Below, piece by piece: positions 56,623 through 64,000 of a stretch of 64,000 bases of DNA. The stretch covers positions 1,116,001 to 1,180,000 of the forward strand of contig CM035351.1 in assembly GCA_020137815.1 (NCBI GenBank), in the 5' to 3' direction. The translations under genes were made by a program, and so were the position numbers. The DNA is from Hormiphora californensis (taxonomy: Eukaryota; Animalia; Ctenophora). A model generated the notes under the pieces. That model did not search any database and was not told where the DNA came from. It saw only the letters and a list, made by a program, of their open reading frames with translations. Every line of letters starts with the position of its first letter. The stretch's first letter is position 1.

Positions 56623-57078
56623 TTACAAAATATTATATCTCAAAACAGATTTCCCATTTTCATTCGTCATATTCCTTGCACCTCTCTTCACATAAAATGG
56701 GATGGCAGTAATGTTCCAACTGAGCACAGAGAACTCCAAACTTGCACAGCCCTCCATTTTAGCAGTGCTCACCAGCCACTCCCACATCTCACTCCCAACG
56801 CCCTTTCCCCGATGCTTCTCTCTCACATAAAGATCCTCCAAGTACATCAGCCTACCCTCCTCCAGATCAAATGTGTATACAAACATAGCATAACCAATCA
56901 CAGCGCCTTCATCTCGACAGATGGCACAAGAGAACTTTTCAGCACTGAGATCACCTTGCAGTTGGGGGACAGTCATTGCAACTTGATCAGCCATTTTCTC
57001 AAATGTTGCTAGTTCTATTATCATATCCAGGATGTCCGGACAATCAGCGGGTGTTGCCAGGGTGATAGATCTAGCCAT
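56623..57078 (-). CDS. GNAT acetyltransferase, diamine/thialysine N-acetyltransferase (SAT2-like)
   Basis: DILDMIIELATFEK, YLEDLYVREKHRGKGVG, SVLSWN..AIPFY..RGA. Single exon. Confidence 0.88.
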   Translation of the reverse strand: MARSITLATPADCPDILDMIIELATFEKMADQVAMTVPQLQGDLSAEKFSCAICRDEGAVIGYAMFVYTFDLEEGRLMYLEDLYVREKHRGKGVGSEMWEWLVSTAKMEGCASLEFSVLSWNITAIPFYVKRGARNMTNENGKSVLRYNIL

Positions 57079-57176
57079 GGTAGATAGGAGCTAAATAGGG
57101 GAAGACAGAAGTGAAGAGGACTGAATTTTAAAGACTTTGTGAAGTGAGAGGGTGGGGCTGATAAAATGAAATCTGA

Positions 57177-58357
57177 TCACTCATCCTCATCATCACTTTC
57201 TTCATCTGGATCAGGTATCATTCCAAGACCGGATACATTCTTTATTGGTTTGTCAGTAAAGATACAAGTTTTATTAGATCCAAGTCGCACCGTTAGTATC
57301 GGCACATCATCCCAAACTGTGGGTGTTGTAATGTGATCTTGCGTCTCAGCTAGCAACTTGTGATGTTGACCCTTACCCCACCGGGTCAGATATCCATCAT
57401 CAGTAACCCCTGCTACATGGTCCAAACTAGCGTGTATCTCCCTTATCACATGATTAGTTTGGATAATAGTTGGTTGTCGGAGGACATCTCCCAACAGGTA
57501 CCCACACTGTAACACCTCCCCTGACTCGGTAAGAAACATGGAGAAACTTCCCCCAGCCGCCACCTGAGTCACACCTACCCATTATTAGTGTTGGAGAGAG
57601 GACCTGCATGTCAGTAGAGGGTGATACTTGGTGATACTCATTATTACCCCAACCCCACACCTCACCCTCACCCGTCCTCACCAATACAGTATCACCACTG
57701 CAGATCACCTCCCTGACACCTCCCGGCAGGTTCTTAACGGGTGTGAAGTATCGGGCAGTCCTAGTAGTTCCCGTTCCTGTCTGTCCGTCAGCTGACCACC
57801 CTGCAGAAACAATAGTGCCGTCCTCCAGCAGCAGGTACGAGTTATCCATACCCTACTGCAATATCAGCAACCCCTGATTGGATCTCTGCACCATGATAGT
57901 TTATCTCGACAACATCAAGATCTCCTCCACCCAGCTGGCCGTGAGAGTTAGAACCCCATCTGAGAACACGACCTGATTCGGTGAGAGCTAGGGTGTGAGC
58001 ACGACCACTGACCAACTTGACAACCTTCTCCTCCAGGGTAAGGGATTCAAACCCAAACGGCTGTGCGTTATCCTGAATATATCCCAGTTGGCATACCCTG
58101 TTGACCCCATAAGTTGATAGGACCGTCTTTTCGTTTTCTGTATAACTCCCAACAATGAAACCGGAACCAAAAGATACTGCGTCCATCCGCTTACACTTGA
58201 AGAGGGGGTACACAATAGGACATGATTTGTCGATCTCAAGAGATGGTGTTACATAAGCGTGGCCCAGTGGACGATGTGGTATTACCGATAAATGTCGCAC
58301 TGTCGAGACATTCCTGATGAGGTGACCAACACTTGCTACCAACCGACGTTTCACCAT
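57177..58357 (-). CDS. RCC1L: RCC1-like mitochondrial protein (WBSCR16)
   Basis: Transit-peptide-like start. RCC1 repeats SGRAHTLALTESG..WGSNSHGQLG, GWSADGQTG, WGWGNNEYHQ. Three ORFs are joined by slips at ~57850 and ~57575. Confidence 0.85.
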
Positions 58358-58537
58358 CCCCCTAACCTATAAGTTAGGAATAAGTTTGTTTTTGGGGAAA
58401 TTTGGTCTTTGATGAAACAAATTGGTCTTTGGGGAGTAGAATGCAGGAAACAGAAGCTAAAAACACATTATCTCTGGTTGATGTAAAACATTATAATTCA
58501 AGTCATGTGAAAAACAAAACAAACAAAAACATAAAAA

Positions 58538-61500
58538 TCACTGGCAAGCGAACTTGTGATACATAGTCCGTAGGAAGGCACCCTTTTTAGAGTTTTGTGT
58601 TCTAGTAACAAGATCTGGGTTGTTATTTTCGTTGTTTTCTGGGCGTTGCATCAGCCCAATCACGAAATCTCGGAGCACTGAAAAACAAATGGGTTGTTAG
58701 AAATTTCATGATGGAAAATGAGCTAACGGCTTATAATTGCATTTGTTATCATACATAACTCATCAGGTTCTAAAACCAAAGTTTCGTTACACAGCAATCA
58801 CTCTGGGAATGTAATCATCAGTCATGACTCGCACACTTACTTTTCTCTTCTTTTTTGTGGTGCTGTGAGATGGCACACTCAAGGAGGTTGACATCCCAAA
58901 AGAGAGGGTAATAAAGGTGTAGATGATCGTACTGGGTCATCCGTTTTAGGGCCTGGAAACTGGTACCATACTCAGGTGGGGATTTGAGGCAGCACAACAT
59001 TGACACCTAAAGTGGGAGTAAAGGTTGGAAAAGTGCTGTACTGAGGAAATTGAGAAACTGATAGTGGGAGACCGGGGAGACAGAGATAGAAAATAGAAAT
59101 AGAGAAAGAGAGGGCGAGATAAAAACCTACCTCTATGTGTGCTCCAACGTTCATGCACGCCTTCACAAGGTTATAGAAACTGCTATCCAACCATCGCTCG
59201 AACATGGCCACATTAGAAAACCCATCAGTAATAAGGGCCCCCGCTGACAGCAGTAGTCGGATCGTCCCCTCGTTGTCCCCTACACTCAACCTCCCCGCTG
59301 CTTGGAGAGCCACTAGTTTTAGGTTGGTTGGGGCCATGGTTAGACAGTGGTCTAGGAGTCGTGTCAGTGTAGAAACACACATGTCCGTGTCAATCTGAAA
59401 TACATATGAGTGGTGATGAAAACAAACTTGAATACGAAAATCAGTGAACCGTTCTCTGTGACGAATGGGCCAAGAAATGTATGCCACATCTAGGTCTACA
59501 AATAGACGTGATACCGTGATAACTTACATTCTTGATGTTAGACACCTTTGCCCAGGATCTTGAGATCAACTCAGACGGGAACGTCTGGTACTCTGGTTTC
59601 TCACTGTCCATTAACAACTTAGCAAGGGCAGCACACAGCACCTCCAGAGCCCCCTCCTCTCTAATCTGGTAGGCAAAATCCAGGAACATGGTAGTACTGA
59701 GGGTTGAATTGGGTTGTTTATCATGGATTGATAGCAGGAACCTTTGGAGTGAGGAGAGGTCAGTTGAGCCTGGGTTATTGATACACGATGCGATCTGAGC
59801 GGAGATGAGGTTGTACCCATCAGGAATATCAGTTGTTGTGGATGCGAGAGAGGAGTTAGTAAGAAGAGCACTGATTACACCGGTATCAAAATTAGCAGCA
59901 CCTCCAGCTCCTTGTCCTGTAGAGGCATGATGCGATGCATGGAACACTCTGGTGCTGGCTAGATATTCCTCAGGTACAGTAGTCCTGTGCCTGGACACCA
60001 TGATGTTTCTATTGTACAGCATACTATTGAAGATCACCTCCACTTTCTCCAGCATCCTGGAATTGTTGTTCCGTTTGAAAGATGCAAACTGGGCTGTCCT
60101 GAGGTAATTCCTGATCTCTGCCAGGAGGAGAAGTGCTCGATCACTGTTCTGGTGCTGGTACATGTGACCGAGTTTGTGAGCTGTAACCAGAGCTAAGGGC
60201 CACGGGCAGGAGAAGCTGTCACAGAGAGCCACGAACATTGGCAGTTTCTGGGTGTTCCGGTAGACCATGTCACAGTAGGATTGGGCCCTGAAGTTCGGTT
60301 GCAATGAGCAGATCTTGGAGATTACATCCCGAGTGGTATTGAAACTTTGTGTGGCTGTTAGTCGTTCATAGCACTCCACAAGATCGACATCCCGAGTTTG
60401 GGGGTGGGCTAACTTGGGAACGGCTGTTGTGGAGGGCATGAGGGACTGGTAGGAAGGACTGGGCAGACCAAGGGGCCCTCGGAGGTGCTTCAAAATGTCT
60501 TGTGCCCTGTTTCGGGTGTGTTTCCGGGCCATTATGGACAGTACAAACATCTTTAATCTGTCTATTGCACGGGTGCATTTGTTTGCTTGGAGGAAGTCCT
60601 TGATGGCAAACACCAAGAAATCAAGAACTAGATCTCGTTCTCCCTTCAGTACATCCCAGAAGAGCTGAGGAACAGTGTACCCAAGGATAACCTCCAACTT
60701 GACATTGCACAAAAAGGCCATCGTGTGGAGTTTCTGATCGCTACTCTTCTCCCTGATCTCTCGGAGCAACATCCTCCTCTCACTCAGAGCGAGTTCTCGT
60801 CTCTGGTTATCCAATAATAGCACTCCAACACAACCCTCGAAATTGTTACCCCTACACGCCTCCAGCTGAGCAGTTATACTGTCCATTTCACTCTTGTCCG
60901 TTGAAAAGAGAAACTCCAACCCTCGAACGTATGCTAAAACCTTGGCCTCTGTGAAGTTCAACCTTTGTGCGTCGGCTAGTTTGAAGTTAGTAAGGGCCGC
61001 CTGGAAGTGGGTTAGAGCGACACTGTAGGAGGAATAATAGAAGAATATCTCACCCAGGTCGTAGTGGGTCTGGGCTGCTACAGTTTCGGTTGAAAGAACA
61101 TTACCAACATTCAGGGCCAGCTTGTTATTAGCGTGTAGCTGGGGGAGGGTCAGGGGTAGGGGTGTGTTGGATAACTTCTGAAGAAACTCAATGGAGTGAC
61201 TCAGTTCAGGTTCCACAAGTTGAAGAGCCACATTAGGTACAACTGCGCCAGGCCAATCTTTCCGGACCTGCTTCTGATAGAAATGGAGCGATATAAATGA
61301 GCTGGAAATCCAGTGATGGTACAGGAACATAGCCGCCAGACCCTGACTTGGCACACTCCCAAAATCCAACTGAGTAATGTCCTGAGCTCTGATTTCCGTG
61401 GGAACTGTAACTTTCACCAGATGTGAGAGGAGTTTGTGACGCACGGGTACGGGTATCTCCCTAAGAAGGGAGTCATTCCACCCGAAATGGGAGGCTGTTT

Positions 61501-61738
61501 CAAGAGCGTGGTCCCATAGATTCTTGCTGTAGACCCTCACTACTCCCTCGGTATTGCTAACTGCACTACACGCCTTCTCCACAAACTGTGCTACAAGGTG
61601 TGAGGGAGGTGGATACAGCTCTCCTTTGAGGTGTGCCTTTAACTTGACTCCACTTTCATCAAGAAGGAATTCATACCAAGAGGGAGGCTCGCTGGAATAC
61701 TTTCCAAAGAAGGAGATGTCCAGGGGATCTGACTCCAT
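58538..61738 (-). CDS. INTS8: Integrator complex subunit 8
   Basis: N-terminal SWYEFLLD..LKAHL..PPPS.LVAQF; QTHYDLGEIFFY; C-terminal exons YYPLFWDVNLLE and NENNNPDLV..KKGAFLRTMY..*. Confidence 0.85.
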
Positions 61739-61972
61739 GGGCTAGAGGATTGGGGAAGTAATATTAGAGCTGGAAACAGGGGGGAAATTTGGGGGATCGG
61801 GGGATTTGGGAGGGGGGGGGTAAATCAGGATAAGATCATAATTCCTTTGGAGGTGCGAATGAGTATATCGAGTAAAACACGCACAAGTTCATTACAAAAT
61901 TGATTTCTCTCTAAATAACTTAGTAATGTTCACATAACATTCACACACACTGGGGTACACCTATCAAGTCAT

Positions 61973-62596
61973 TCAAAGAGGCTGAGCCAGAGATGCCTTC
62001 AACTTCCTAATCTTGGTAGCAGTAGACATATCAACCCTCTTATCTCCAACCTCAACCACCATTCCTCCGATCAGCTTCTCATCTGTAGCAGTCTCGAGGA
62101 GTAGTTTCTCATTTTCCTTCAGGAAACTACCGAGGGCCTCCTTCAGGGACGCGAGATGGTCGTCAGAGAGAGGTCGAGCGGAGGTCACCTTGCAAGGCAC
62201 CTCACCTCTCTGAGCGGCCATGATAGTGTTGAAGGCAGACACGACTCCAGTGATGTTCTTGGCCCTCTTGTTATCGATCATGGTATCGATCAAGTTGGTA
62301 ACCAGGGGGTCTACACCCGCATCGCCGAACGCAGATCCAAGGACGCCCTTCTTCTCCTCCTTACTGCACACTGGCAGGGTAAGGTATTCCTTCAGTCCGG
62401 AGACAGAGTCGATAGCTCCCTGGAGAGAGTTCAGCTGGTCCTCAACAGCACCAAGTGTGCCCTGCTTAGTAGCAGCAGAGTAGAGAGCATGGGCGTACCT
62501 TCCCTCAATACCGAATACTTGGACTGGTGCCCGGACAAACTCGCCACTAGCGGCGGAGAAACTTCTGACAAGAGTAGTAGCGATCCTGGAGGCCAT
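61973..62596 (-). CDS. ATP5PO: ATP synthase subunit O (OSCP), mitochondrial
   Basis: VRAPVQVFGIEGRYAHALYSAA, RGEVPCKVTSARPL, LIGGMVVEVGDKRVDMS. ATG at 62596. Confidence 0.95.
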   Translation of the reverse strand: MASRIATTLVRSFSAASGEFVRAPVQVFGIEGRYAHALYSAATKQGTLGAVEDQLNSLQGAIDSVSGLKEYLTLPVCSKEEKKGVLGSAFGDAGVDPLVTNLIDTMIDNKRAKNITGVVSAFNTIMAAQRGEVPCKVTSARPLSDDHLASLKEALGSFLKENEKLLLETATDEKLIGGMVVEVGDKRVDMSTATKIRKLKASLAQPL

Positions 62597-62718
62597 GACT
62601 GAATCTAGATAAATATACGGGTTAGTAGTAATGTGATGGGTACTCAGTAACAAATTTGACTTAGCAAAGGTGTAAAAGACAACAAAATAAATTATTACAA
62701 AACACAATAAACATCCTA

Positions 62719-63309
62719 TCAACTTTCGATTTCAGGTTTACTAGTTTCCTTCGATTTCCGTCTCTGCAAATACACCTTCTCACTATCAGTTATCTGCTTC
62801 TGAGTTGCGGGTACTAAAAGTGCTGCAAAGTTTCTTAGATCGTCCAATAATAAGCTGTACGTGGCGATAGCTTGTTGAGTCGTTTCGATTTGAAGGCCGA
62901 TTTTGTGTTCATCACACGCTTTTCTAAACTCAGGTGATGGCATATCAATCGTATCCCCGGTGCCTATCAATATTGTATCAATCTTTGGGTACAGTCTTGA
63001 GAGTAGAAACACTGAAGCAGGCGATGCTGTGCTCAAGTTATTGAATTTCCAATGGAGGAAACCAGCGTAGGGGAGAATCAATACTGGCCCATACACAAAG
63101 GAATTGTTGATCTTGAAGCCACGTTCGTTGCCGCTCGAAACCAAGAAATGTTCGTTTTTCAGAACCTTTTCACCGTCAACACTGAGGCGGTCAAAGTGTT
63201 TCCGAGACGGTGCATTAGCGTCCGTAGAACCGTCTAGATTTCCACTGAAACTGACAATGTGCCGACAGAACTGAGATCTTCCCACGATGCCCCTTACGAG
63301 CTGCAGCAT
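62719..63309 (-). CDS. NDUFAF3: Complex I assembly factor 3 (Mth938/DUF498 domain)
   Basis: GFKINNSFVYGPVLILP..LHWK, PKIDTILIGTGD, TQQAIATYSLL..R.FAALLVP. Transit-peptide-like N-terminus. Confidence 0.88.
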   Translation of the reverse strand: MLQLVRGIVGRSQFCRHIVSFSGNLDGSTDANAPSRKHFDRLSVDGEKVLKNEHFLVSSGNERGFKINNSFVYGPVLILPYAGFLHWKFNNLSTASPASVFLLSRLYPKIDTILIGTGDTIDMPSPEFRKACDEHKIGLQIETTQQAIATYSLLLDDLRNFAALLVPATQKQITDSEKVYLQRRKSKETSKPEIES

Positions 63310-64000
63310 TATCGTATCAGTCTAGTGAGCTCGGGGCGCTGTATCAGACCAGGAAACAGGCTCAATTTACAGACGATTCTTGTTACAGAAACCGGAAAAC
63401 GAAACAAAAAGTTTGAAATTTTTTCGTGCTGTTCTTTCGCTTCGATTTCACGGCGCGCGCGAAAAAAAAGAGGGACCCTTCCGCGCGGTACAGTATTGCA
63501 GTTAACTATCTTGGAATTCGCGCCAGCCGAGTTTTTATAGTAAGTAAATCGCTCAGATCGAGCCACTGGTCTAGCGCAAGAGAACTGTGGTCAGAGCATT
63601 GGCCCGGCAGAGCCACTGCCACTACCTGACTCGTCTCCATCCAATCATAATCAATTATACGAGTATTTTCCTGTCAACAAAACGGATTGTCATTGATAAT
63701 AAGAAACATCAAACATAAAAATCAACAAAAATGTCGTTCAAAACTGAACATAATATTAATCATCAGACTGTGTATCAAATCTCTCACTCCACAAAACGAG
63801 AGAAATAGTGAGTCAAAAAACATCACACAGCACGGAATCAATAGCTATCAAACAAACAGACAAACAAACAAACATACACCAAAACATGCATGTACTCTCC
63901 CACACACACACACACAAACACACCTAACTATGAACTACACTCTCCCCCAATACTAGTCCTTGCATCACTGGTGATACCGCTCTGGTCCCCCGAACTAACA

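Noticed and set aside
56623-57078. Horizontal origin of the intronless GNAT
   Set aside because: Its motifs fit the animal SAT family, and several neighbouring native genes are also intronless.
62597-62722. N-terminal extension of ATP5PO in the ORF track
   Set aside because: It starts at a non-ATG codon in the intergenic gap. The ATG at 62596 gives a normal transit peptide.

Overview
Eukaryotic (animal) genomic DNA with GT-AG introns and many (AG)n microsatellites. It is probably a Pleurobrachia-type ctenophore; this is inferred from a 109-bp MITE I recall from Pleurobrachia gene models and is not verified. The left part (1-31.5 kb) is intron- and transposon-rich. It holds a secreted mosaic protein gene (thyroglobulin-1, WAP, Thr/Glu mucin, 3x CCP; + strand) and a JAK-like tyrosine kinase locus (- strand). 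In the JAK-like locus, two tandem giant exons each encode a full FERM-SH2-pseudokinase N-half. Both end at the same codon position and phase and fit one shared set of pseudokinase C-lobe and kinase exons. A further pseudokinase domain follows behind an in-frame TAA. The right part is very compact: SETDB1-like (apparently catalytically dead), STAM and UBE4/Ufd2 on +, and an operon-like run on - (NDUFAF3, ATP5PO, INTS8, RCC1L, SAT-like GNAT, GNL3-like, CDK7), nearly all with an unpaired splice acceptor just before the ATG. Mobile DNA includes a circularly permuted Penelope-like element with an N-terminal GIY-YIG, a 1.3-kb Chapaev-like palindrome, and Kolobok-, hAT- and MULE-type MITEs. About 52 tandem copies of an exon end plus splice donor fill UBE4 intron 1. 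Many single-base homopolymer insertions break ORFs and are most likely sequencing or assembly errors.
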